Shown: positions 19,849 through 28,780 of the stretch, one piece after another
How the letters are laid out: the number at the start of each line of letters is the position of its first letter
Position numbering within the stretch: position 1 is the first letter of the stretch
Sequence record: LR745206.1
Strand: one strand, 5' to 3'
DNA length: 64,000 bases
Notes under the pieces: generated by a model
What the model was told of the DNA's origin: nothing
The model's database searches: none
Seen by the model: only the letters and a program-made list of their open reading frames with translations
Translations under genes and position numbers: made by a program

Positions 19849-19900
19849 TATTAGTCCTACCCAGTTGGGGCGAAACTACACCGGTCCTAAAGACGGTTCT
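19849..19900 (-). ncRNA. candidate small non-coding RNA
   Basis: GC-rich non-coding island between TAATATATA (19908..19916, minus) and the terminator at 19818..19848. Confidence 0.3.
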
Positions 19901-19935
19901 TATATCTTATATATTAATATAAATACTTTTGTTAT

Positions 19936-19963
19936 AAACTTTTTGAATAATATTTACTAAAAT
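19936..19963 (+). promoter_or_regulatory. putative middle promoter AAACTT-N16-TAAAAT
   Basis: Bipartite motif upstream of 19986. Confidence 0.45.
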
Positions 19964-19985
19964 CAAAGTAAATTAAACTAGAAAC

Positions 19986-20300
19986 ATGATAAAACACGAA
20001 ATTAAAGTAGAACTACTAAAATCAAAAGAGCTTAAAGAAATTATTGAAAAAGCTTATTATAAAGATGGTTTTGGTGGGAAAATAACCAATAAGAAAAAAC
20101 ACTTCATCGTAATAGATGAATCGGATGATATAAATTATACAATTTTTAAGGGTCTTAATAATGGAACTGTTAAAGTGTTAAATGAGGAAATTATCGATGG
20201 TCCATTGAGATTTCTTATCGATGAAACTCAAGGTGAGATAAGACTTTATCCAATATCCATCTATTGTATAATAGATGAGGGTAAATATTCATTCTATTAA
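19986..20300 (+). CDS. hypothetical protein
   Basis: 104 aa ORF. Confidence 0.6.
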   Translation: MIKHEIKVELLKSKELKEIIEKAYYKDGFGGKITNKKKHFIVIDESDDINYTIFKGLNNGTVKVLNEEIIDGPLRFLIDETQGEIRLYPISIYCIIDEGKYSFY

Positions 20301-20304
20301 AAAA

Positions 20305-20421
20305 ATGAAAAAAATATACGAATACTTCTTTAAAGTTAAAGATGGTGGAACTATACCACTCGCTTACATAATACTATTTGGTGTTGCTTTGATAACAGCT
20401 CTTATGTATTTCAAAAATTAA
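20305..20421 (+). CDS. small single-pass membrane protein (38 aa)
   Basis: MKKIYEYFFKVKDGGTIPLAYIILFGVALITALMYFKN, fills the gap between two ORFs. Not in the ORF track. Confidence 0.5.
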   Translation: MKKIYEYFFKVKDGGTIPLAYIILFGVALITALMYFKN

Positions 20422-20429
20422 ATTAAAAT

Positions 20430-21491
20430 ATGAGTATTAAATTAGATTGGAATGATATTTCAATAGTGCCCGCTGAATTGAGTTCGGTTGATTCAAGATC
20501 AGAGATAAACCCATTAAAAGATGGTAAGTTACCACTATTTACAGCACCAATGGATACGGTAATTGATGATCAGTCTATACGTCATTTCGAACACAATATA
20601 AATCTTTGCTTACCTCGTAATGTAAAATATAATGAATTAAGTGATTGGTGTGAAACAAGACAATCCCATTGGATGGATAATGGTTGTGATTCATTTTTCT
20701 TCTCTTATGGATTAGATGAAATAATAGAACTTTTTGAAAATAATTCTAAATTACCACCAAGGGTTTTGATTGATGTGGCTAACGGTCATATGCAAAAGCT
20801 TTATGATATATCTAAACGAATTAAGGAAAAGTTCGGTAGTGATATCGAATTGATGGTTGGTAACATTGCTAATCCACATACTTATAGAAAGTATTGTGAA
20901 ATTGGTGTTGATTATATTAGAGTTGGTATTGGTGGTGGATCTGCTTGTACTACATCAGCAAATGTTTCTATACATTTTCCTATGGCTTCTTTGATAGATG
21001 AGTGTGCTAAGATAAAAAGTGAATTTGATAAACCAACCAAGATAATTGCAGATGGTGGGTTCAGAAACTTCTCAGATATAATAAAAGCTTTGGCTATAGG
21101 TGCTGATTATGTTATGTTGGGTGGTATTCTTAATAAATCACTTGAGAGTTGTGGTACTACTTTTATGAAGGATAAAGATGGTCAATATAATGAAGTTAAT
21201 TTTGATATAGCTAATACAGCTTTACAAACAGGAGCACCGGTCTATAAATATTATAGAGGTATGTCAACTAAGGAAGTGCAAAAATCTTGGAATAGAGTTG
21301 AGTTAAAAACCGGAGAGGGTATAACTAAGTATAATTTGGTCGAATATACCATCGATGGGTGGTGTGAAAACTTTACAGATTATTTAAAGTCAGCTATGTC
21401 ATATGCTGGTTGTAGGACATTAGATGAATTTATAGGTGGTCCAGAGTTTGTGCAAATAAGCCCAATGGCTTTTAATAGATTCAATAAATGA
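20430..21491 (+). CDS. IMP dehydrogenase/GMP reductase family oxidoreductase
   Basis: APMDTV, IDVANGH, GNIA, VGIGGGSACTT (catalytic Cys), IADGG, DYVMLG, YRGMST. IMPDH vs GMPR not resolved. Confidence 0.85.
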   Translation: MSIKLDWNDISIVPAELSSVDSRSEINPLKDGKLPLFTAPMDTVIDDQSIRHFEHNINLCLPRNVKYNELSDWCETRQSHWMDNGCDSFFFSYGLDEIIELFENNSKLPPRVLIDVANGHMQKLYDISKRIKEKFGSDIELMVGNIANPHTYRKYCEIGVDYIRVGIGGGSACTTSANVSIHFPMASLIDECAKIKSEFDKPTKIIADGGFRNFSDIIKALAIGADYVMLGGILNKSLESCGTTFMKDKDGQYNEVNFDIANTALQTGAPVYKYYRGMSTKEVQKSWNRVELKTGEGITKYNLVEYTIDGWCENFTDYLKSAMSYAGCRTLDEFIGGPEFVQISPMAFNRFNK

Positions 21492-21892
21492 GTTATATAA
21501 GCACATATAAGATATTAAAATCATTAAAACCAATCGAATTATACGATATAATTACAGGAGGATATTGTTCTGAATATAGAGAGGAGTTTAAAAGAGAGGT
21601 TATTTCTTTGAAAGGTGAATGGTATCTAAATAATTGGCATAATAATAAAATAGAATTGGATATATTATGTGCTTATATATCTGATACAGGATTTACACTA
21701 TATACCACAAAAGAAGAGGCTAAAAGAATTGAAGAGGAATTTAAAAGTTGGAATTTATTTACTGAGGTTTGGTCAAAATGGTATGGTGGTAAAACTTATG
21801 TAGTTGGATTTAATTACTCATATGAGGCATTTAGTAAATTATATTTAGAATATAAAAGAGATAAGAAAATTAATCAATTGGTTAATTTATAA
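21488..21892 (+). CDS. hypothetical protein with C-terminal tag
   Basis: Ends YKRDKKINQLVNL. Confidence 0.65.
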   Translation: MSYISTYKILKSLKPIELYDIITGGYCSEYREEFKREVISLKGEWYLNNWHNNKIELDILCAYISDTGFTLYTTKEEAKRIEEEFKSWNLFTEVWSKWYGGKTYVVGFNYSYEAFSKLYLEYKRDKKINQLVNL

Positions 21893-22327
21893 ACTATTTG
21901 AGTGTTCTCCCCACTCAATAAATATAGTTATATAAGATAATATCTTATCCCTATAAATTTCATCAGATTCTTTATCTATTTTATATCTTATATCTGGATA
22001 TTTATCTTTAATCCTGTTGATACAAGTTTCAACATCCTTATATATCTCTAATATTTCATTGGTATTTTTTAAGAAATATTCTATACTCCCAGAAGCTACT
22101 CCAATTGAGTATCCGTCCATTTTTTTATTCGATTTGTGTATGGTTGGTAGGTTAATATTAATAGAACATTCAGCAAATGGTAAACCAGAACCAAATTTAG
22201 CATCAGAGACACCCTCATCAAATTCAAATTCTGATCCATCGTCTATAAAATCAGAGAATACTAATTTTATATAATCGGATACTTCTGAATTATCAACAGA
22301 TTCGTTATATTTTTTTAAATATTTCAT
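21887..22327 (-). CDS. hypothetical protein, CTS-like N-terminus
   Basis: Start ATG 22327, MKYLKKYNES. Paralog of 23489 and 23944. Confidence 0.7.
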   Translation of the reverse strand: MKYLKKYNESVDNSEVSDYIKLVFSDFIDDGSEFEFDEGVSDAKFGSGLPFAECSININLPTIHKSNKKMDGYSIGVASGSIEYFLKNTNEILEIYKDVETCINRIKDKYPDIRYKIDKESDEIYRDKILSYITIFIEWGEHSNSL

Positions 22328-22842
22328 CTTTTTCCTATCCATAACTGTATATATTTTTTGCTAGCAAAAAAGTCAAAAGGAAAATCTAGATTATCTTTCC
22401 TATAATCCTTTGGTAATAAATCTCTTATGGTTAGATTATAATCAGATAATCTAGAATCTATTTCTTCCAAGAATGGTAGATATTCATCAGACTCTTTACC
22501 ACCAGGCATTTTGTTATATAACCATTTTACAAAATTAAGATCATCATCATATAATTTATCAATATTAACATTTGGAAATAATTCTATCATTAGTAATTTT
22601 TTATCATTCTCATTCTTTAATTCACACCGATAACACAAATCAAACCTTTCTATAAAATCAACGATGATATATCCAATCTCATCATATTTTATTCCAAAAT
22701 TAGATTCTATCTCATCATAAATATCAATTGATCTATCATATGGTCTCCATTCATGTTCAAATCTATTACTAAAGGGAAACATATTACTATGATCTCTTTT
22801 ATCAAATCTTTTATTTTCATCAAATCTTTTAAGATATTTCAT
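22324..22842 (-). CDS. hypothetical protein, CTS-like N-terminus
   Basis: Start ATG 22842, MKYLKRFDEN. Confidence 0.7.
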   Translation of the reverse strand: MKYLKRFDENKRFDKRDHSNMFPFSNRFEHEWRPYDRSIDIYDEIESNFGIKYDEIGYIIVDFIERFDLCYRCELKNENDKKLLMIELFPNVNIDKLYDDDLNFVKWLYNKMPGGKESDEYLPFLEEIDSRLSDYNLTIRDLLPKDYRKDNLDFPFDFFASKKYIQLWIGKR

Positions 22843-23492
22843 CAATATTCACTGTTATCTTTTTCAAATAAATCATTATCAACTATATCTTCTAACAACT
22901 TTTCAATACTATCTTTTTTCGTAGCTCTTCCATATCCGGATGTATAGTATATTTCACTTTCACTTATATATTTTGCTTTATCATTATAACTATGATCATC
23001 ATAATAATATGAAATACCAAATTCAACACCACCATCATATCTTTTAAGATTTTCGCCTAAAAATTTAATACTTTTAACTATATCCGGTCTTAATTCAAAC
23101 CCATCTTCCGCATCATTAAAACAGTAACTACTACCAATTGTGAAATAAAATTGATTTGTGTTCTGATTGAATCCAGTTTGATGAACTCCATGTAACTCCC
23201 TAATATATTTCTGAGCAATTTCATAATGTTTTTGTGTTGTTCCGTGTCCATGTTGGAATATCCATTCCAATTGTTCTTTGTTAAAATCAAAAATACTACC
23301 TGGTAAACTTTCTGAATACTTAGATTCTATATCCTCTCTTCTAGAAATTAGTAATCTATTAATATCACCTATCTCCTTATTAACTTCTTCTTGTTCTATG
23401 CGTAACCATTTTAATCTCTCCTTTAGCTCATCATCTGATAAAGATCCAAGTGTTACTATTTTAGATTCGTTATATTTTCTTAAATACTTCAT
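22842..23492 (-). CDS. hypothetical protein, CTS-like N-terminus
   Basis: Start ATG 23492, MKYLRKYNES. Confidence 0.7.
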   Translation of the reverse strand: MKYLRKYNESKIVTLGSLSDDELKERLKWLRIEQEEVNKEIGDINRLLISRREDIESKYSESLPGSIFDFNKEQLEWIFQHGHGTTQKHYEIAQKYIRELHGVHQTGFNQNTNQFYFTIGSSYCFNDAEDGFELRPDIVKSIKFLGENLKRYDGGVEFGISYYYDDHSYNDKAKYISESEIYYTSGYGRATKKDSIEKLLEDIVDNDLFEKDNSEY

Positions 23493-23941
23493 CTTCTCCA
23501 AGTTTCAGTTTTATTTCTACTTGAATACCAAAAATAAAGAAAAACATCACTCTCTCTCATATCATCTCTTAATGAAAAGGCAGCTGAATCGAAATCACTA
23601 TTAACATTACTCTTCTTAGTGACCAAATAATGTTCCAATCCTGGAAATTCATCTTCTATCCTTTTAATACATGAATTAATATCTAACATAATTTCTTTAT
23701 AATTATCAATTTCTTTTAAATAGCTGTCAATATAATGTGTAGTGGGTAAAGCCTTTATTAAAACTAATATTCCACCCTCTGAACCTTTTCTATCTAAATA
23801 AAATTTATTAAAAAAGTTAAAATCATATTTTATGTCTAAAACAACACCATCTTCAATAAGATCATCAAATATCATATCAAAGAATTCCTTATCTAATTCT
23901 TTCTTATCAACAGATTCGTTATATTTTCTTAAATAATTCAT
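23489..23941 (-). CDS. hypothetical protein, CTS-like N-terminus
   Basis: Start ATG 23941, MNYLRKYNES. Confidence 0.7.
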   Translation of the reverse strand: MNYLRKYNESVDKKELDKEFFDMIFDDLIEDGVVLDIKYDFNFFNKFYLDRKGSEGGILVLIKALPTTHYIDSYLKEIDNYKEIMLDINSCIKRIEDEFPGLEHYLVTKKSNVNSDFDSAAFSLRDDMRESDVFLYFWYSSRNKTETWRR

Positions 23942-23943
23942 AA

Positions 23944-24342
23944 TCACCATTTAAAATAAACATAGACATATGAAAACGATTTACCATCTGATTGAAAATC
24001 AGCTTCTTTAGTTATCACATGTTTAATATTTGGATATTTATCCAATACTTTATTTATACAAGATTTAATATCTTCATACCTCTCCACAACCTCTTTTGCG
24101 TTATTTAGAAATATATCTATATCTCCTTCACTCCACAAGTCATGTCCACCTTCGGATTTGTGTTCTAATATTGGTAAAGTTATAATAATACTTACCTCAT
24201 TAACACCTTCTTCAAAATCATTCTCATCAGCGCTAATAAATTTAAATTCAGATCCTTCATCTATAAAGTCAATAAATACCAATTTGATATAATTAGGATC
24301 TATTTTCCCAATTGATTCATTATATCTTTTCAAATGTTTCAT
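23944..24342 (-). CDS. hypothetical protein, CTS-like N-terminus
   Basis: MKHLKRYNES. Confidence 0.7.
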   Translation of the reverse strand: MKHLKRYNESIGKIDPNYIKLVFIDFIDEGSEFKFISADENDFEEGVNEVSIIITLPILEHKSEGGHDLWSEGDIDIFLNNAKEVVERYEDIKSCINKVLDKYPNIKHVITKEADFQSDGKSFSYVYVYFKW

Positions 24343-25400
24343 TTCAATATATCCTCAATTTTATTACCATCTTTATCAGACAATTGTAATTTTTTTATCT
24401 TTTGGAATTTACCATTTCTCTTATTACCACTAAAAGTATCATCATCTAATATAATATCATTACCAGTATATTTTCTAAGTACACCTTTATAGTGTTCACC
24501 TTCATAATCAAAATCAGCTATTATTTCACCATTCTTTATTCTTTCTTTAAATAAAGTCTTTTTATAGATTAGATCAGGATTTTGTAAATATTTCATTCTA
24601 GCTTCTGATTTAGCTAATTTATTTTTATGTTTTTCTGTTGGTAATGATAATAATATTTTATAAGTATTTGTATCTTTACTATATTGACCTATTGATATGT
24701 GTGTATTATTCGGAACACTATCATCAGTAACACAATGTTTATTTCCTTGGGTAGTGAAGTTCCAATGATCAGAAACTCTATAAGATTTATCTGGTTTATG
24801 ACCCCAATCAATATCGGTTGAACTATAAAATGTGTCACTATAAGGAGACCTATTAATAACCTCCCAAGTTGACATCATTTTTATAATATCATCTGGAATA
24901 CCATAATCTTTCAATTCATCAACAGACACAATCTTATTAGTTAACTCCTTATGATATTTTAACCTTTTAAGCTCTTTTTTACTTAAAGGCTTTGATTCCT
25001 CTGTTTCTGTGAACTTCTCAAATATATCACCATATATTTTTCGGTTAATCATTTCTATTTTTATACGATAGGCTGGTTTGGTTATGGATTTAACATTAAT
25101 ATTAAATCCATTATTATCTAAATAGATTTTTAGTCTATCAATACTATCTAATATCTCTGAATCAATTTCAAATTTAACAGATCCCTTATCCCATTTCTGA
25201 ATAGTTATATGTGGATATTTATCATTTGGGTAGTTTGGTGAATATCTTTCATATGGTGGCCACCATTGATATGAGACATCAAATCCGAGATCTTTCAATT
25301 CAAGAAAAATATCAAATATATCATTTTGTAAATTACTTGGTATAGTTTCTGCTTGCCAATTAGTTGCCTCAAATACTTTAAATTCTATTAGATGATTCAT
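24339..25400 (-). CDS. two-domain hypothetical protein, CTS-like N-terminus
   Basis: MNHLIEFKVFEA, internal IFEKFTE, second domain with RVSDHWNF. Confidence 0.7.
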   Translation of the reverse strand: MNHLIEFKVFEATNWQAETIPSNLQNDIFDIFLELKDLGFDVSYQWWPPYERYSPNYPNDKYPHITIQKWDKGSVKFEIDSEILDSIDRLKIYLDNNGFNINVKSITKPAYRIKIEMINRKIYGDIFEKFTETEESKPLSKKELKRLKYHKELTNKIVSVDELKDYGIPDDIIKMMSTWEVINRSPYSDTFYSSTDIDWGHKPDKSYRVSDHWNFTTQGNKHCVTDDSVPNNTHISIGQYSKDTNTYKILLSLPTEKHKNKLAKSEARMKYLQNPDLIYKKTLFKERIKNGEIIADFDYEGEHYKGVLRKYTGNDIILDDDTFSGNKRNGKFQKIKKLQLSDKDGNKIEDILK

Positions 25401-25410
25401 TATTATACAA

Positions 25411-26190
25411 TTATTTCTTAACCATGTAAAACCATGAACTATTACTTTGTCCTTTTACTTCCTCTTCAACTTCTTTCACTTCCTCTTTACCTTGTGAAAC
25501 TAAATCAGCAGCTTGTATCTTAACACCACCCGGTAATGTGAAATCGTATCTTCCAACCAAGTTACCTAGTTGAATTTTAGAATACCCAGTAATATACTTA
25601 AAGAATAAGTCATCCTTGAATAAATTCTCGGCGGGTATATTAGCATAAGCTTCCATAATAACGTGATGATCTACATTAGTTAATATGTTTAATCTATGAT
25701 TTAATTGATTAAAATGGTATTTTAATGTGTATTTATTCAATTGGTTTAACATATCAGACATCGAATCTAATATAGTTTTATAAACACCCAATTCACCTAT
25801 TGTAGTCACATATGATGATAGATATGGTTGGTTAGTCACACCAAGGTTAACTGATAAATTTGGCGTGTTTATACCTAATTGGAACAAAGATGCTCCTCTC
25901 ATCTCATATAAATAAACAACTGATTGTATCTCACATGGGACCTGAACAAAATTATATTTGGTAAATTCCTCTGCGGTAAATGCTTCTTTGTTTATAAAAA
26001 AGTACATCTTTTGTACGGCATACTGATAATTACGATAAAACCAAGGAAGTGCTCTAGATTCAATTATTTGCCTAATTGCGGCATCTGGTAAAGTTTTTGG
26101 TAGGGCACAAGCTACGTTCAATTCAAATTGAACCATATCAATCAATTCATCAATTGTGTATCCACCTTGGTAAGGAATATAATCAGCCAT
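25411..26190 (-). CDS. gp13: head-tail neck protein, T4 gp13-like
   Basis: FKYITGYSKIQLGNLVGRYDFTLPGGVKIQAADLVSQGKEE matches the gp13 LPGGV-x-I motif. Confidence 0.75.
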   Translation of the reverse strand: MADYIPYQGGYTIDELIDMVQFELNVACALPKTLPDAAIRQIIESRALPWFYRNYQYAVQKMYFFINKEAFTAEEFTKYNFVQVPCEIQSVVYLYEMRGASLFQLGINTPNLSVNLGVTNQPYLSSYVTTIGELGVYKTILDSMSDMLNQLNKYTLKYHFNQLNHRLNILTNVDHHVIMEAYANIPAENLFKDDLFFKYITGYSKIQLGNLVGRYDFTLPGGVKIQAADLVSQGKEEVKEVEEEVKGQSNSSWFYMVKK

Positions 26191-26211
26191 AATATAAGGT
26201 TAAATTTCCTT

Positions 26212-26220
26212 TATATATTA
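26212..26220 (-). promoter_or_regulatory. putative late promoter TAATATATA
   Basis: Exact motif upstream of the neck gene. Confidence 0.6.
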
Positions 26221-26258
26221 ATTTGGTGATTTCAGTTATTTTTCTTATATTTACTATT

Positions 26259-26438
26259 ATGAAAACATCTAAGATACATATTGGTACAATAACTAAAGAT
26301 CAAATTCTTACATCAAATAGGAAGATATCTAGAGAGATTGAATTGGAAAATTCAATTGGGTGGGTGTCTATGAATAAAGTTCATAAGTCTAAGAAAACAT
26401 ACACAAGAAAACCTAAATACAAAGAAACCTACTCTTAA
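26259..26438 (+). CDS. small basic protein (possible ArfA-like ribosome rescue factor)
   Basis: Start ATG 26259, C-terminal VHKSKKTYTRKPKYK. Confidence 0.45.
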   Translation: MKTSKIHIGTITKDQILTSNRKISREIELENSIGWVSMNKVHKSKKTYTRKPKYKETYS

Positions 26439-26635
26439 TTGAATAGGTTTTTTATTTTCTTTTTTCTTGATTCCACTTTCCCGTCTTTTAGATAATCACT
26501 ATATCTTATATTTTTATTTAAATTTTCACATAAGTAATCACAATAAGCACTTTGTAGATTCAAATTTTCAGATATATATTCAGAATAAGATATATTCTTT
26601 TCTAGGCTTTCGGCTATATAATCCTCATAATTCAT
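26435..26635 (-). CDS. small 14-residue-repeat protein with C-terminal tag
   Basis: Start ATG 26635. Y-x-[DE]-Y-[IL]-x-E-[SN]-L repeats, ends [11 protein letters not shown]. Confidence 0.65.
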   Translation of the reverse strand: MNYEDYIAESLEKNISYSEYISENLNLQSAYCDYLCENLNKNIRYSDYLKDGKVESRKKKIKNLFN

Positions 26636-26831
26636 AAATATTTTTAATTTTTTTCTTTCTACTACCAGACCTATCAGTCCAAACATCAGAATGGAAGGTT
26701 AATTGCATCCATTTGTTATTTTGATAAATATAATTCACACAATCAATAGTATTATAATAAATATCACCTTCTATTGGTTCTGATGGTACAGAAGTTGAAA
26801 CACTTAACTGATATTTAAATGGATCTATCAC
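26625..26831 (-). CDS. small protein with tail-fibre-like motif and C-terminal tag
   Basis: [13 protein letters not shown]...YIYQNNKW, ends [12 protein letters not shown]. Confidence 0.6.
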   Translation of the reverse strand: MIDPFKYQLSVSTSVPSEPIEGDIYYNTIDCVNYIYQNNKWMQLTFHSDVWTDRSGSRKKKIKNIYEL

Positions 26832-27910
26832 ACCTCAAAGTTTTTAGATTTTTTAAGCTTCTCAAGTAGATATTTTTCATCCATTGAAATGTTTTGTGGT
26901 ATTTTAACATTAACAACAACAAAAAGATCACCAAGACCTAAGTTTATATCAGGAATACCTTTACCTGAAACACGTATTGTCTTACCGTGTTGTGTTCCAA
27001 CATCAATAGTTATTGGTAATTCACCATGTGGTGTTCTTACTTTAAGATGAGCACCTAAAATAGCATCAACTACTGATATATCCTTTTCAACAATCAAGTT
27101 ATTACCATCTCTCTTAAAGTAAAATTCTCTTATTTCATCTATCATTATATGTAAATCACCAGGAACACCATCTCTAATATTATTTCCATAACTTCTCATA
27201 TTGAGTTGCATTCCATTAGAAACTCCTTTTGGTATATCAACCTCCACAACCTCTTCTTTAACATTAGTACCTGATCCATGGCAAACACCACATTTGTTTA
27301 ATATTTGTTTACCAGTTCCTTGACAATCACTACAATGAGCTTGTTGTCTTATTTGACCGAATGCTGTATTTTGTACAACTATTCTTTGACCAGTACCATT
27401 ACAAGGTAGACAATCCTTTACATCAGTTCCACCTTTACCAGAACAACTATTACAAGAATCTTGTCTTTTATATTTTATCTTTTTAGTAGTTCCGTTTAAT
27501 ATTTCTTCAATGGATAAAGATACTTTTATTCTTAAATCAGATCCTCTTTTCTGCCTTTTCTGTTGTCCATATTTCTGACCAAATGCACCACCAAAAACAT
27601 CACCAAACTGACTGAATATATCTTCCATATTAAACCCATGACCATATCCACCAGCACCACCATTACTAAATGGATTACCTTGTCCAAATGGACTACCACC
27701 AGTTCCGAATCTGTCATAATTCTCTCTCTTATCTTTTGAAGATAAAGTATCATAAGCCTCCGCTGCTTCCTTAAATTTAGATTCTGCTTCTGCATTATCT
27801 GGATTTTTATCTGGGTGATATTGCATTGCTTTTTTTCGATAAGCCTTTTTAATCTGTTCCTCAGATGCTTTCCTATCTACTCCTAATATGTCATAATAAT
27901 CTTTCGCCAT
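26828..27910 (-). CDS. dnaJ: chaperone DnaJ
   Basis: J-domain with HPD, G/F region, four CxxCxGxG repeats, C-terminal domain. Confidence 0.95.
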   Translation of the reverse strand: MAKDYYDILGVDRKASEEQIKKAYRKKAMQYHPDKNPDNAEAESKFKEAAEAYDTLSSKDKRENYDRFGTGGSPFGQGNPFSNGGAGGYGHGFNMEDIFSQFGDVFGGAFGQKYGQQKRQKRGSDLRIKVSLSIEEILNGTTKKIKYKRQDSCNSCSGKGGTDVKDCLPCNGTGQRIVVQNTAFGQIRQQAHCSDCQGTGKQILNKCGVCHGSGTNVKEEVVEVDIPKGVSNGMQLNMRSYGNNIRDGVPGDLHIMIDEIREFYFKRDGNNLIVEKDISVVDAILGAHLKVRTPHGELPITIDVGTQHGKTIRVSGKGIPDINLGLGDLFVVVNVKIPQNISMDEKYLLEKLKKSKNFEV

Positions 27911-28242
27911 TATCTTAATATCTTTGTTAATTTTATTTCTCTATATATTTGTTTAGTTGTATCTGTTAACTTTATATACACATATCTATTATAAACTATA
28001 ACAAACTCACGCTCACCATTTATCGGTGATAACATTGTTCTGTAATTCATAATAGGCATTTCATCAACTATTTCACAAAATATATCCTCAACATTTTCAA
28101 TTTTACAATCTTCTATCATTGATAACCTCTCACAAAAATAATTCATAAATGGTGTTGAGGTTTCTATAACTTGGTTAAGTAATTTATCGGTCTTAAAACT
28201 ATCAGGAGCCCATTCTGATATTTCAACATACCAATCAATCAC
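27910..28242 (-). CDS. hypothetical protein with C-terminal tag
   Basis: Ends [11 protein letters not shown]. Confidence 0.65.
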   Translation of the reverse strand: MIDWYVEISEWAPDSFKTDKLLNQVIETSTPFMNYFCERLSMIEDCKIENVEDIFCEIVDEMPIMNYRTMLSPINGEREFVIVYNRYVYIKLTDTTKQIYREIKLTKILR

Positions 28243-28780
28243 TTGTAATACTTTTAATTTTAATATCCCTATCGTTTCGTTTTTTTAATCTCAAAATTTC
28301 ACTTTTAACATCATAACATTCTAAAACTTTCTCAATAAGACCAGCGATATAATTATCCACGATTAAACTCAGTGTTTCCGCTGTTCTATCAATTTTATCA
28401 AAATATTTTAATGTTTCTTTTGAATTTATCAACATATCAACCAGATAAATATTGAACTCATCAATATCAAAGAGTAATTGAAATAATTCCAATCTTATAC
28501 CCTCATCATAATTACCTTGAAATAGTGGTGGTGGTTTTATAAATATTTTATTAAAAACTCTAATAACTGCTGGTAAAATAAGATCAAGTGTCTCATCTTC
28601 ACCGTCATACAAACAACCCTTCAATTCTTTTTTATTGAAAGTATCTGTGTTGTTTATAACATACTCTAATAAATTAGTAACACCTTCCTTATTTTTATCA
28701 ATTAAATTTGTTGATAAAGAATCAATTAAAGATTTTTTATATTTTATATTTGATTTAATATCAAAAAAATCTACTTTCAT
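28235..28780 (-). CDS. hypothetical protein (possible capsid N-terminal-like segment) with C-terminal tag
   Basis: NKEGVTNLLE...ETLDLILPAVIRVFNK, ends [12 protein letters not shown]. Confidence 0.6.
   Translation of the reverse strand: MKVDFFDIKSNIKYKKSLIDSLSTNLIDKNKEGVTNLLEYVINNTDTFNKKELKGCLYDGEDETLDLILPAVIRVFNKIFIKPPPLFQGNYDEGIRLELFQLLFDIDEFNIYLVDMLINSKETLKYFDKIDRTAETLSLIVDNYIAGLIEKVLECYDVKSEILRLKKRNDRDIKIKSITSD

Noticed and set aside
19845-19900. Hammerhead ribozyme (plus strand AGTCC...GGGCGAAAC resembles stem II plus GAAAC)
   Set aside because: The essential CUGANGA core is absent (CUAUUA instead) and stems I/III do not close.
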